From the NCBI GenBank assembly GCA_029564595.1, contig JAKQPS010000157.1:1-64000 (forward strand): a stretch of 64,000 bases of DNA. The letters run 5' to 3'. Below the pieces are notes generated by a model. That model ran no database searches, had not been told where the DNA came from, and saw only the letters and a list, made by a program, of their open reading frames with translations. The stretch is from a bacterium (GTDB taxonomy: Bacteria > UBP15 > UBA6099). The position numbers and the translations under genes were made by a program. This document shows positions 1 to 9,664 of this stretch, piece after piece; within the stretch, counting starts at the first letter, position 1, and each line of letters starts with the position of its first letter.

Positions 1-82
1 AACCGGGGCAATTTTCATAGCGGCGAACTGCTTCGTTGCCGCCGCATTTTTTTGTTCATGAACAATAAGTTCTATTCACTGC

Positions 83-156
83 AAAAATGCGCCTTGCGCC
101 TCGCATTTCATCCGCTCTGAACAATCGCTCCCGAATCCTAATGACGGATTCGGGTT
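83..156. repeat. Copy A of a repeated about 75-nt element (AAAAATGCGCCTTG...TGAACAATCGCTCC + hairpin CCCGAATCC-TAATGAC-GGATTCGGG followed by TT)
   Basis: Near-identical to the sequences at 474-550 and 52003-52076. A perfect 9-bp stem is seen directly in the sequence. Confidence 0.6.
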
Positions 157-473
157 AAATGAAACCTCCCACTCAAAAATAAGGGTGCCACCCCCAAACT
201 CGTTGGGGGCGCTCCAAACAGTTTCGCCGGAAGTGGGAAGATTCATCTAATCATTCGTATATACATAAATCAAATACAACTTACCATCAGCAATTTGCGA
301 TAACCGCATCATGCTCAAAGGAAAGAACTTCGAACATGACACACATGTTTATGAGCAGAAATATCTAATAGCAAGCATATCGGCGAACTGCTTCTCACGC
401 ACAAATGAATTTGTGCGTGCCACCCATCTATATTGCTTAACACTTCGGGCGGGGGCAAGCCCCGCCCCTACAG

Positions 474-550
474 TAAAAAAACGCGCTTGCGTTCCGCGTG
501 TTATCCGCTCTGAACAATCGCTCCCGAATCCCAATGACGGGTTCGGGTTT
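474..550. repeat. Copy B of the same repeat (hairpin CCCGAATCC-CAATGAC-GGGTTCGGG followed by TTT)
   Basis: Same conserved core TGAACAATCGCTCCCGAATCC. The single A to G change in the 3' arm produces a U·G-compatible pair. An upstream GGCGAACTGCTTC block is also shared with positions 24-36. Confidence 0.6.
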
Positions 551-589
551 ATAGTATATTATTGGCAACAGAAGAAGCGAGGCTGTTTG

Positions 590-1738
590 TCACATTCTGC
601 CGAAGGGGTCGTCCCGCCAGTCGGACATGAACGACAACAGCTTGTCCATGTCGGGAGTCTCGCCGGTCATCACGTAGTGGCCGGAGCAGCAGACGCCCAT
701 GAGAAGAGCGGTCTGAGGGTCGGCTCCGAGGGAGAGGGCGAGGGAGAAAGCCGCGTTGAAATGGTCTCCGGCTCCGGTGGTGATGACGGGGCGTTTCGTG
801 TGCGGGCCGTCCTGAAGGTATGTTTTTCCGCCGATGACGGTTACGGCGAATTCCACTGGATGAACGACGACGGAAAAGACGCCGAGGGCGCGGGAGATTT
901 CCTCGCAGGCGCGGGCGGCGGCGTCCGGCCCGCAAGCGTCGGCGGCGATGCCGAGCGCGGACGCTATCTGTCCGGCCTCGCGTCCGTTCAGGCCGAGTAT
1001 GACTTTATAGCGACTTGAAAACTTCGGAACTATGCTCAACATGCGTTTGATGTCGGACAATTCCCGTTTCTGCGGGTCGGCAAGGTCGATGAAGAAAAAG
1101 CGGTCAGCGGTTGTTGAAAGTTTCGGGAATATTTCTGAGATTATATTTTCCCAGATGTCGGACATGAAGGGGAGCATGCTCCAGTTGACGAGGGCGAGAA
1201 GGCGGGCCTCGTCCAGAAGGTTGACAAAACGCTCTTTGCCGACATCCTCCAGAATTCTGTCCCAAGTGACGTGTGAGACGGGGGCCATCTTTCCGACCAT
1301 GATTTTTCCGTCGAGGAATTCCACGGCGTCCGTATGGCAAGGTTCCGCGATGGATATGACGTTTGCTGCGTCTTTGAGAGGGCTGAAAACAGGATGGATG
1401 TCCGGTCTGCCGAGAGTTCCTATGTAAGTGGTTGATATTCCGAGGGAGGCGATGGCGTTTGCCATAATGGGGCCGTTGCCGCCTATCTTCACCCGCTGCG
1501 GCACATACTCTATGTTGCCGCTTTTGCCCGCGTAGCTTTTTATCCTCTCGGCGTAGTCCGACATCATTTCGAGCCGCGCGTATTCGGAGTTGTTTTTGCG
1601 GGTGTCCACCACGTGGACTATCTCGTCGATGAAGCCGTCCAGCCCGACGACGCAACGCATTTTTCCGGGCGCGTTGGCATTTGAGGATATGTTGTTTTTG
1701 AGCCGGGCGACAAGCTCTCGTTCTGTTTGTTGTGACAT
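590..1738 (-). CDS. PfkB-family carbohydrate/sugar kinase (ribokinase-like)
   Basis: 382-aa ORF carrying the C-terminal GAGDHFNAAF motif typical of the PfkB anion-hole/catalytic region, plus the N-terminal glycine-rich segment GGNGPIMANAIASLG. Confidence 0.6.
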   Translation of the reverse strand: MSQQTERELVARLKNNISSNANAPGKMRCVVGLDGFIDEIVHVVDTRKNNSEYARLEMMSDYAERIKSYAGKSGNIEYVPQRVKIGGNGPIMANAIASLGISTTYIGTLGRPDIHPVFSPLKDAANVISIAEPCHTDAVEFLDGKIMVGKMAPVSHVTWDRILEDVGKERFVNLLDEARLLALVNWSMLPFMSDIWENIISEIFPKLSTTADRFFFIDLADPQKRELSDIKRMLSIVPKFSSRYKVILGLNGREAGQIASALGIAADACGPDAAARACEEISRALGVFSVVVHPVEFAVTVIGGKTYLQDGPHTKRPVITTGAGDHFNAAFSLALSLGADPQTALLMGVCCSGHYVMTGETPDMDKLLSFMSDWRDDPFGRM

Positions 1739-1800
1739 TTTATCTCTCCGCGCGCAGTCTTGATAAAATCGGATATAGTATATAACGGCGTCGCGGCGAA

Positions 1801-3330
1801 GTGAAGGAACCGGCGTCTGAAAGAGCGGGGGATCGGCGAATGGAAAGAAAGATATTCATCAAAGGCGGAACGGTTTACGACGGGGCCGGGGGGCCGGGCG
1901 TCAACAGCGACGTCTACATCGAAGGAGACAAGATAAAGGCAGTGGGAGAAGAGGCTAGCGCGATGGCCCGCGCGGACGATCCCGCTCTTTCATCCATCGA
2001 CGCCGCCGGCAAGATGGTGTGTCCGGGATTCATAGATATGCACGCGCATTCGGATTACAAGATAGCGGTGAACGGCTCGATGGAGGCGAAGTTGCGGCAG
2101 GGGGTGACGACCGCGGTGGTGGGGTCGTGCGGGTTTTCGGGAGCGCCTATGAACGACAGGCTGAGGCGCGATTTCAAGGGCTATCTGTCCGGCATGTTCG
2201 GAACGGAGTGCCGGTTTGAATGGGATTCCACCGCCGGATATATCGAACACATAAAGAGAATTGGAATCGGGGCAAACGTGTTTTTGCAGACCGGGTTCGG
2301 CAATTTGAGGCAGATGACGATGGGGCGGTCGCCGTTGAAAGCGAACGCGGGGCAGATAGCCGAAATGAAAAAGTTGCTGGATAAGTCGCTGGAAGAAGGG
2401 TCGAGGGGTTTTTCCGCGGGGCTGGCGTACCCGATGCAGATGTTCTCGTCCACAGAAGAAGTGAAGGCTCTCTGCGGGACGGCGGCGAAGCGTGGCGCGC
2501 TGTTCAGCGTTCACGTGAGGAACGAGATAGACAAGCTGGAGGAGGCGAACCGGGAGGTAATCGGGATAGCGGAGGAGACCGGGGTGTCGCTGCAGATATC
2601 GCACCACAAGGCGATATTGAGCCGCAACTGGGGCAAGCCGCGGCAAACGATGAAGATGATGGAGGAGGCGCGCGCGCGCGGCGTGGATGTCGAGGCGGAC
2701 GTGTATCCGTTCACGGCGTTTTCCAATATCCTCGCCACGACGATGCTGCTGAACGAGCCGGGGATGGAGGAAAAGGTGATTTTCCTCGAACTGAAAAAAT
2801 TGAAGCAGTACGAGGGTAAATCGCTTGCGGACGTGATGAAGGACACCGGGAAGGGGGCGAAGGCCGCCGCCCTGCATATCCTTTTCAAAGAGGGTTTCAG
2901 CAACGCCCCGGTCGCGGGCGAGTTTATTTCGGAAGACGACCTTCGGTTCATCATGTCGCATCCCCTCAGCAGCATAGGGTCGGACGGAGTGGAGACAGAC
3001 GAGGGGGCGAAGGCGCATCCCCGGCTGTTTTCCACCTCGGTCAGGTTTCTGAAACATTACGTCCTTGGCGAAAAGCTGATGCCGATGGGAGAGGCGGTCA
3101 GGAAGATGACGTCGATGCCGGCAAGGAAAATCGGGGCTGCTCGCCGGGGATTGATTAAGGAAGGTTATTTTGCGGACATCGCGGTGTTCGACCCGGACGC
3201 GCTCAGGGACAATTCTACGTATGAGGACCCTGTCAGGTATCCGAGCGGGTTTGACGCGGTGATTGTAAACGGCGAAATTGCCGTTATGAAGGATGAGATT
3301 ACAAGCGCGCGCGCAGGAACCGTGCTTTGA
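1801..3330 (+). CDS. N-acyl-D-amino-acid deacylase (D-aminoacylase), metal-dependent amidohydrolase superfamily
   Basis: 509 aa. The N-terminal ...GGTVYDG...GFIDMHAHSD metal-binding HxH motif and overall length match the D-aminoacylase family. Confidence 0.6.
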   Translation: MKEPASERAGDRRMERKIFIKGGTVYDGAGGPGVNSDVYIEGDKIKAVGEEASAMARADDPALSSIDAAGKMVCPGFIDMHAHSDYKIAVNGSMEAKLRQGVTTAVVGSCGFSGAPMNDRLRRDFKGYLSGMFGTECRFEWDSTAGYIEHIKRIGIGANVFLQTGFGNLRQMTMGRSPLKANAGQIAEMKKLLDKSLEEGSRGFSAGLAYPMQMFSSTEEVKALCGTAAKRGALFSVHVRNEIDKLEEANREVIGIAEETGVSLQISHHKAILSRNWGKPRQTMKMMEEARARGVDVEADVYPFTAFSNILATTMLLNEPGMEEKVIFLELKKLKQYEGKSLADVMKDTGKGAKAAALHILFKEGFSNAPVAGEFISEDDLRFIMSHPLSSIGSDGVETDEGAKAHPRLFSTSVRFLKHYVLGEKLMPMGEAVRKMTSMPARKIGAARRGLIKEGYFADIAVFDPDALRDNSTYEDPVRYPSGFDAVIVNGEIAVMKDEITSARAGTVL

Positions 3331-3494
3331 GACTCATAGAAGAAAATAATAGTTCTTTTATATACTAGATAAAATATATAAATATGTTATATTATACGGA
3401 TTCGCGCGTATGTTCGACTGGCAGACGCGCTTGTCAAGTCCGGGTTTTTCTTGTGAAAAATCCTAGTTAGGCGCGCAACCGACCGGAGAGAGAA

Positions 3495-4058
3495 TTGAGG
3501 GTAATCGGCGGCGATTTGAAGAGGTCCAAGCTGTTCGGCCCGGAGGATGGAGACGACAGCATAAGAGTGACGTACGACCGGGTCAGGGAGAGCATATTCA
3601 ACTTGACCGGGCCGATGGACGGAGCGAGGTTTCTGGACCTGTTCGCGGGGGCGGGGAGCGTAGGGATAGAGGCGTTGAGCCGGGGGGCGGCGAAAGTGAC
3701 GTTTGTGGATCACGCGCCGAAAGCTATCCGGCTGGTGGAGAGCAACGTAGGGAAATTCGGGCTTGAGGACAGGGTTGAAATAATCAGGATGGACGCTAGG
3801 GAATACGTCGCCGGAGGGGCGGCGCGGGGAGTTTTCGATCTGATATTCCTCGACCCGCCGTATGCGGGGGGCCTTTTCGAGGCGGCGATGGACTCGCCGG
3901 GGATTGCCGACATGCTGGCGGACGGCGGAAAAGTCGTCGGGCAGCACGGGGCGGAGCCGGAACGCGCGAAATTCGGGGCGCTGTTCATGGCGGACATCAG
4001 GAGATACGGCTCAAGCTGGGTCTCTATCTGGAAAAAAAATAAGGACAGCGAAAAATGA
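3495..4058 (+). CDS. rsmD: 16S rRNA (guanine966-N2)-methyltransferase RsmD
   Basis: About 185 aa with FLDLFAGAGSVGIEALSRGA and the DPPY motif (FLDPPYAGG). The conserved rsmD-coaD adjacency is present. Confidence 0.8.
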   Translation: MRVIGGDLKRSKLFGPEDGDDSIRVTYDRVRESIFNLTGPMDGARFLDLFAGAGSVGIEALSRGAAKVTFVDHAPKAIRLVESNVGKFGLEDRVEIIRMDAREYVAGGAARGVFDLIFLDPPYAGGLFEAAMDSPGIADMLADGGKVVGQHGAEPERAKFGALFMADIRRYGSSWVSIWKKNKDSEK

Positions 4059-4537
4059 ACATTGCTGCTTATCCGGGGAGTTTCGACCCGATTACCAACG
4101 GCCACATGGATATAGTTCAGCGCTCGGCCTCGGTGTTCGACGAGCTTATTGTCGCGATTTCCAACAATCCGTCGAAAAAACATCTTTTCTCGATTCAGGA
4201 GAGGTTGGAAATTGCCAAGGAGCTGACGAAGGGCATCGCCAATGTGAAGGTGGAAAGCTTCGACACTCTGCTTGTGGATTATGTGAAGGCGTGCGGAGCG
4301 AAAGCGGTTGTGCGCGGGCTGCGCGCGGTGACGGACTTTGAAATGGAGTTTCAGATGGCGCTGGTGAACAAAAGGCTGGCTCCGAACGTCGAGACGGTGT
4401 TTCTGGTGACGAGCACGGAGCATTCTTTCATCAGTTCCTCGATAATAAAGGAAGTGGCGTCGTTCGGCGGGGACGTGAGTTCTCTGGTGTCGCCGCTGGT
4501 GGACGCGAAGCTGAAGGAAAGATTTTCAAAGAAGTGA
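4055..4537 (+). CDS. coaD: Phosphopantetheine adenylyltransferase
   Basis: N-terminus MNIAAYPGSFDPITNGHMDIVQR is the canonical CoaD nucleotidyltransferase motif. 160 aa, overlapping the rsmD stop by 4 nt. Confidence 0.85.
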   Translation: MNIAAYPGSFDPITNGHMDIVQRSASVFDELIVAISNNPSKKHLFSIQERLEIAKELTKGIANVKVESFDTLLVDYVKACGAKAVVRGLRAVTDFEMEFQMALVNKRLAPNVETVFLVTSTEHSFISSSIIKEVASFGGDVSSLVSPLVDAKLKERFSKK

Positions 4538-4550
4538 GTGGGAGAGGAAA

Positions 4551-4967
4551 ATGGCGGCAGGGGAAGGCGGGAAGGGATTGAAGAAGGAAAAGCTGGCAAG
4601 GTTTCAGAAGTTGCTGGACGCGCTGGAATCGCATCTGGACGGCGGTTTTTTCCTTTCATTTATTGGAAAAATCGTTGTGGATGAGAAGAAGATATACTCT
4701 GTCCTCAATGAAATGAGGTCTATGAGGATAGAGATGGAGGCCGAGGCGGAAGAGGAAACGGTGCGGGCGGCGGCGGAAAAAATGGCGTCGCCTGAGGGGG
4801 CCGGCAAAGGTGATGTCGGGGCCGGAGCTGAGATGTATGCCCTCCAGACGCTTGACAATCTGGAGCAAACATTGCACAAAGTTATGAGCACGGTTAAGGA
4901 AGGCAGAAAGTATTTAGAGAGAAAAATGGAGCGGGAGGTGAAAGAAGATGGCGCTTCCGAAATATAA
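4551..4967 (+). CDS. Hypothetical coiled-coil/acidic protein upstream of rpmF (not recognisably YceD/DUF177)
   Basis: 138-aa ORF in coding-like composition with no recognisable motifs. It occupies the position usually held by yceD. Confidence 0.4.
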   Translation: MAAGEGGKGLKKEKLARFQKLLDALESHLDGGFFLSFIGKIVVDEKKIYSVLNEMRSMRIEMEAEAEEETVRAAAEKMASPEGAGKGDVGAGAEMYALQTLDNLEQTLHKVMSTVKEGRKYLERKMEREVKEDGASEI

Positions 4968-5139
4968 GAAATCGCGTTCAAGCACAAGAAGCCAGAAGGC
5001 GCAGTGGAAAAGAGGCTTGAAGACGCCGACGCTGACGGAATGTCCGCAGTGCCACGAAGTGAAGATGACGCATCGCGCGTGCGCGAAATGCGGCTACTAC
5101 AAGGGCAAGACGGTTCTTGTGACCAAAGTCGAGGGATAA
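4948..5139 (+). CDS. rpmF: 50S ribosomal protein L32
   Basis: 63 aa, MALPKYKKSRSSTRSQKAQWK...CPQCHEVKMTHRACAKCGYYKG. Four Cys zinc-ribbon typical of L32. Confidence 0.85.
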   Translation: MALPKYKKSRSSTRSQKAQWKRGLKTPTLTECPQCHEVKMTHRACAKCGYYKGKTVLVTKVEG

Positions 5140-5156
5140 CGGAGGCAGGACGCTAA

Positions 5157-5393
5157 ATGTCAGACATGATAGAACGCCTGAAGAAAGTGGTCATGGCGGA
5201 GCTTGGCGTGTCGGAGGACAAGATAGTGATGGAGGCGTCGTTCAGGGACGACCTCGGAGCCGACTCGCGCAAGATATTCGACTTGATAATGGCCGTAGAG
5301 GACGAGTTCGGGATAGAAGTGCCGGACGAGGACGCGGTGATGATAGTCACGGTGGGAGACGCCGCCGATTATCTGAAAAAACGGCAGGTGTGA
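5157..5393 (+). CDS. acpP: Acyl carrier protein
   Basis: 78 aa. LGADS(R)...EDEFGIEVPDEDA aligns closely with the E. coli ACP LGADSLD...EEEFDTEIPDEEA. The phosphopantetheine Ser is present, but the motif is DSR rather than DSL. Confidence 0.8.
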   Translation: MSDMIERLKKVVMAELGVSEDKIVMEASFRDDLGADSRKIFDLIMAVEDEFGIEVPDEDAVMIVTVGDAADYLKKRQV

Positions 5394-5397
5394 CCCG

Positions 5398-6144
5398 TTG
5401 AAACTTTCCCCCCTCGAAGTTCGGGACAGAGAAGGATTCCCGAGGCCGCTCGAGGACTTGCTGGGAATCATCGGCGTGGAATTCAACGACCAATCGGCGT
5501 TGAGGGCGGCTCTTACGCACCCGTCATACTGGGGCTCGTGCGTGCTGCCCGAAATTGAGCGGCTGGAACGCAGTTACGAACGGCTGGAGTTCCTCGGCGA
5601 CTCTGTTCTGGCGCTCTCCATCTGCGAACGCCTGTTCAAATCTTTTCCGGAAGACAATCAGGGAGCGATGAGCAAGGCAAAGGCGCACCTTGTGAGCAAG
5701 GGCGTGCTGCTGAAGGCCGCTCGCAGGATCGAGCTTGGGGATTTCATCAGGGTCGGCAAGGGCGTCGAGGAGTCGGCGGGCAGAGACCACACGGCTTTCG
5801 TGGTGGATTGCTTCGAGGCGCTGATCGGAGCCGTCTTCATCGACCAAGGGTTCGAGAGGGCGCGCGACTTCGTCATCGAACGGATGTCCGAGTTTCTTGA
5901 GGAGGCTGGCGGCGAGGCCGCTCGCGACTTCAAAACCGAACTTCAGGAATACGCTCAAAAACGCCACAAGAATCTCCCTCGATATGTTATGATATCCGAG
6001 AACGGCCCGGACCACTGCAAGGTGTTCAGGGTGGAGGTATTCGTGAACGGGGAGTCTCTCGCAACCGGAGAGGGGCGAAGCAAAAAAGAAGCGGAGACGG
6101 AGGCGGCGCGCTCGGCGATATTGGGCATAAGCTCCGGCTCCTGA
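5398..6144 (+). CDS. rnc: Ribonuclease III
   Basis: RNase III signature ERLEFLGDSVL and a C-terminal dsRBD-like region. Conserved rnc-smc-ftsY synteny. Confidence 0.85.
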   Translation: MKLSPLEVRDREGFPRPLEDLLGIIGVEFNDQSALRAALTHPSYWGSCVLPEIERLERSYERLEFLGDSVLALSICERLFKSFPEDNQGAMSKAKAHLVSKGVLLKAARRIELGDFIRVGKGVEESAGRDHTAFVVDCFEALIGAVFIDQGFERARDFVIERMSEFLEEAGGEAARDFKTELQEYAQKRHKNLPRYVMISENGPDHCKVFRVEVFVNGESLATGEGRSKKEAETEAARSAILGISSGS

Positions 6145-6170
6145 GTCGATAATAAACAATAAGGCCCGCA

Positions 6171-9100
6171 ATGTATCTGAAATCGGTGTCAATGTTCGGA
6201 TTCAAGACGTTCGCCCGCCGGACGGTCTTTGAGTTCCGCGAGGGCGTCACCGCGGTGGTCGGCCCGAACGGAAGCGGAAAAAGCAATCTGGTGGACGCGA
6301 TAACGTGGGCGCTCGGCGAACAGAGCATGCGCTCGATCCGGGGCCGCAAACTCGAAGAGGTCGTCTACCACGGCAGCGCCAGCCGCAAGCCCCTCGGCTT
6401 CGCCGAGGTCGTCCTAACTTTCGACAACGACGACGGCTATTTCCCGCTCCCTCAGAGCGAAATATCCATAACCAGAAGGTACTTCAAATCCGGCGAGAGC
6501 GAGTTTGCCATCAACAACGAGCCTTGCAGGCTCAAGGATATTCAGGAACTTCTCATCGACACCGGACTGTCCACCACCAACTATTCGATTATCAATCAGG
6601 GCGACGTCGAATACGTCATCGACCTGTCTCCATCGCAGAGGCGCGAGATATTCGACGAGGCCGCCGGAATAAATAAATATAAAATCGAAAAAACGAAAAC
6701 GCTGTCGAAAATCAAAGACACGAATATCAACATCTCCCGGCTGAAAGACATACTGACTGAGATATCCGAATCGCTGGGGCCGTTGAAAGAGCAGGCGGAA
6801 AAGGCGAAACGGTATGACGAGATAGTGGAGGAGATGGAACGGCTGAAGCTGGGCGTCTTCGCGTCCGAGATAAGGCGTCTGAAGAGCCGCTTGGAACAGC
6901 TTTCCGCCGAGGGAGAAGGTCTTAAGGCAAAGAGGGCGGAAGGGTTGAAGAAAGTCGGCGAGCTGAGGCAGTCGCGGGAGAACGTCGGAGCGGGGATAGA
7001 CGGAGCGCGGGCGGAAATCGACTCGGCGCTGCGCGAATTGGCGGACATCGGCTCGAAGCTGGCGCGCGCGGAGGAATCCGCGAGGTTGCTGGCCCGCGCG
7101 GTGGAAGACGCGGACAGAAGGGCCGCCGCCGCCGACGTTGAAAAGACTGACATCTCAAAACAGGAGCAAACTCTAGAAAAAGATATAAAAGACCTTAGCG
7201 CGAAAGCCGAGCAGAAAAAACGCCGGCTCGAAGAAGCCGCCGCAGAGCTTGAAAGCGCGACGAAACAGTCCTCCGACGACCTGAAACTGAATAGGAAAGA
7301 GCTGACGGAGAAACGCGACGGGTTGCTGCCGGAAGCGGAGGAATTGAAGAAGATAGAGGCGCGGCTGGCGGGCGAACTGGCGGTGGCGAAGGACAGGCTG
7401 GCCGGGATGTCGGCGCGGGTGAAGTCCCTGACCGCCGCCCGGGATTCGGCGCGGGACAGGCTGGCTTCGGCGCGCGAACGGGGCAAGTCCGAGAGCGAAA
7501 AAGTTTCGCTATTTGAAAAGCAAATCCGCGAAAAAGAATCGCAGGCGGAAAAGCTTCGCGCTGGCATCGAGGAAACTTCCGCCGGGCGGGATAAAGCGCG
7601 GGCGGCGCTTGATGCGGTCGTCGCGGAGCGCAACGCTTTGTCTGCGCGGGTCGAAGCTATCGAACGCGTAGCGGGCCTGATGGCCGTGAGCGAAAAAGGA
7701 AAACAAACCGCCCGGCTCGCTGACGAGATTGAGATCAAAACCGGGTTCGAGCCTGCCGCGCGCCGCGCTCTGAATGAGCTTTTTAACGCTTCAATTTCGA
7801 CTTCCGCAGACATAGGGAAAGCGCTCGAAGAGGCCGCCGACAGCGGGGCCGCGAGGCTGATTCTCGACTGGTTTGCCGGAGCCGGAGCGGCGGCGGCGGA
7901 GGCTCTCACAAAGAAAAAATGGGCGAAACGGCTCCTGTCGGACGCGGTGTCGGTCAAACCGGGCGCGCCGAAGGAGTTGCTGAATGTATTCTCAATGTTC
8001 GCGCTCGCGGACACCGACGCGGAGATGAAAGAGGCGATTTCGGAACTGCCTCCGGGGGCCGGGGTTGTGAGGGCGGACGGAGCGGCGTGTTTCATCAACG
8101 GGACGTTGTTCACGGGCGAGGCTCTGCCTACCAGCGAGGCTGCAAGAGAGCGCGTGGCCGAGCTTAAGTCTGAACTCGAAAAGAAGAACGCGGAAGTCAA
8201 GGCGGGCCGCGCCGCGCGCGAAGAAGCTGAAAAGAAATACGCGGCCATGAGGACGTCGTCCGAAGAGGCTGGAAAAGAATTTAACAAATTGAATATCGAA
8301 CTGGCTGCGGCGCGCGAGCGCGCTGCGGCGGCTGTGGAGCGCGTCGAGATTCTGACGAAAGACCTAGAATCGGCGGAAAAAGCGCTGGCCGATTTCGCGT
8401 CGTCCGGGGGCGGCTCCGAGTCGGATGTCGCAAAACTGGAATCCGAATTCCGGAATGTTTCTGAAAAGAGAAAAGATATTGAGTCGGATTTAAAGTCGGC
8501 GCAGTGCGGGCTGGACGAGATTGCGGACGCTTTCAGGAAACGGGAGATGCGCGAGGTGGACTTGCGCGTCGAGATGGGAGAACTGAGGCGGGAGATAGAG
8601 GCGGCGGGCGACGCGGAGAAGTACAGGCAGGCGGAGTTGGAGCGGGCGCGCAGGAGAAGCGGGGACATTGAAGCGGAGAAGTCAAAACTGTCTGCGGACA
8701 GGCAGCGCACATCCGAAGAGATGAAGGCGGGCGAGGCGCTGGCAAAAGAGCTTGGGGCGTCGCGCGCGGCGGCGGAATCCGCGCTCGCGCAGAAACGTGC
8801 CGCGCTCAAAGGCATGGAAGACGAAAGCCTGAGGCTGCGCGGAGAGATACACGCCGTCGAAACCCGGCTTGAAGAGTTGAAAGAGGCGATGCTCGACAGC
8901 GAGATGAAGTGCGCGCGCGCGGAAACGCAACTCGAAGAGATAAGAAGGCAGTTCTCTGAGGAGTTCGACGATGTCTCCGAGGAGCGGGCGCTCGAAGAGA
9001 CTGCCGACGGCGGCCCAGCGGGAAAAGGACGCTACCTCGCTCTGAAAAAAGAGCTTGAGACGCTTCAGCCGGTGAACATGCTGGCTATCGGCGAATATGA

Positions 9101-9659
9101 GGAGAAGTCCAACAGATTCGACCTGCTGAGCGAACAGATAGGCGACCTCGAAGACGCGCGCGCGACTCTGCTCGACATCGTGAACGAGTACGACGACCGC
9201 AGCAGGTCGCAGTTCATGGAGACGTTCGAGCGGGTGCGTGAAAAATTTCAGGAGACGTTCGTCGAGATGTTCGGCGGCGGCGAGGCGGAGCTGATGCTTG
9301 TCGGCGACGGCGATCCGCTCGAATCGGGCGTGGATGTTTCCGTGCAGGTGCCCGGCAAGAGGATGAGGGCGATAACCCTTCTGTCCGGCGGCGAAAAAGC
9401 CCTTTGCGCGCTGGTTCTGATTTTCTCCATACTCAAAGTGAAACCCAGCCCGTTCTACGTGCTCGACGAGGTTGACGCCGGGCTTGACGAAAGCAATATT
9501 GTGCGGTTCCGCGAAATGCTGAAAAAACATTCGACCAACAGCCAGTTTCTGGTCGTCACCCACAACAAGGGAACGCTGGTGGGAGCCGACCAATTGTTCG
9601 GCATAACAATGGACAAACAGGAAGGATACTCGAAGCTCCTTACGGTATCCATGGAATAA
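6171..9659 (+). CDS. smc: Chromosome segregation protein SMC
   Basis: 1162 aa. N-terminal FKSFA...VGPNGSGKSNLVDAI Walker A, long coiled-coil regions, and C-terminal LSGGEKALCALVLIFS...YVLDEVDAGLD signature and Walker B motifs. Confidence 0.9.
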   Translation: MYLKSVSMFGFKTFARRTVFEFREGVTAVVGPNGSGKSNLVDAITWALGEQSMRSIRGRKLEEVVYHGSASRKPLGFAEVVLTFDNDDGYFPLPQSEISITRRYFKSGESEFAINNEPCRLKDIQELLIDTGLSTTNYSIINQGDVEYVIDLSPSQRREIFDEAAGINKYKIEKTKTLSKIKDTNINISRLKDILTEISESLGPLKEQAEKAKRYDEIVEEMERLKLGVFASEIRRLKSRLEQLSAEGEGLKAKRAEGLKKVGELRQSRENVGAGIDGARAEIDSALRELADIGSKLARAEESARLLARAVEDADRRAAAADVEKTDISKQEQTLEKDIKDLSAKAEQKKRRLEEAAAELESATKQSSDDLKLNRKELTEKRDGLLPEAEELKKIEARLAGELAVAKDRLAGMSARVKSLTAARDSARDRLASARERGKSESEKVSLFEKQIREKESQAEKLRAGIEETSAGRDKARAALDAVVAERNALSARVEAIERVAGLMAVSEKGKQTARLADEIEIKTGFEPAARRALNELFNASISTSADIGKALEEAADSGAARLILDWFAGAGAAAAEALTKKKWAKRLLSDAVSVKPGAPKELLNVFSMFALADTDAEMKEAISELPPGAGVVRADGAACFINGTLFTGEALPTSEAARERVAELKSELEKKNAEVKAGRAAREEAEKKYAAMRTSSEEAGKEFNKLNIELAAARERAAAAVERVEILTKDLESAEKALADFASSGGGSESDVAKLESEFRNVSEKRKDIESDLKSAQCGLDEIADAFRKREMREVDLRVEMGELRREIEAAGDAEKYRQAELERARRRSGDIEAEKSKLSADRQRTSEEMKAGEALAKELGASRAAAESALAQKRAALKGMEDESLRLRGEIHAVETRLEELKEAMLDSEMKCARAETQLEEIRRQFSEEFDDVSEERALEETADGGPAGKGRYLALKKELETLQPVNMLAIGEYEEKSNRFDLLSEQIGDLEDARATLLDIVNEYDDRSRSQFMETFERVREKFQETFVEMFGGGEAELMLVGDGDPLESGVDVSVQVPGKRMRAITLLSGGEKALCALVLIFSILKVKPSPFYVLDEVDAGLDESNIVRFREMLKKHSTNSQFLVVTHNKGTLVGADQLFGITMDKQEGYSKLLTVSME

Positions 9660-9664
9660 CAACC

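Noticed and set aside
447-468. Perfect GC hairpin GGGCGGGG-GCAAG-CCCCGCCC considered as an intrinsic terminator
   Set aside because: It is not followed by a U-run on either strand: the + strand has A-rich sequence after it, and the minus strand has the T-run before it. It is recorded only as part of the repeat-rich region, not as a terminator.
311-1018. 235-aa + strand ORF at window start
   Set aside because: Overlaps the PfkB-family kinase on the opposite strand and the AT-rich repeat region. No motifs. Likely a spurious frame.
6596-8815. 739-aa ORF on the minus strand (Ser/Ala/Arg-rich)
   Set aside because: Lies entirely antisense within smc. Its low-complexity composition is typical of GC-rich antisense frames. 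The smc frame has unmistakable motifs.
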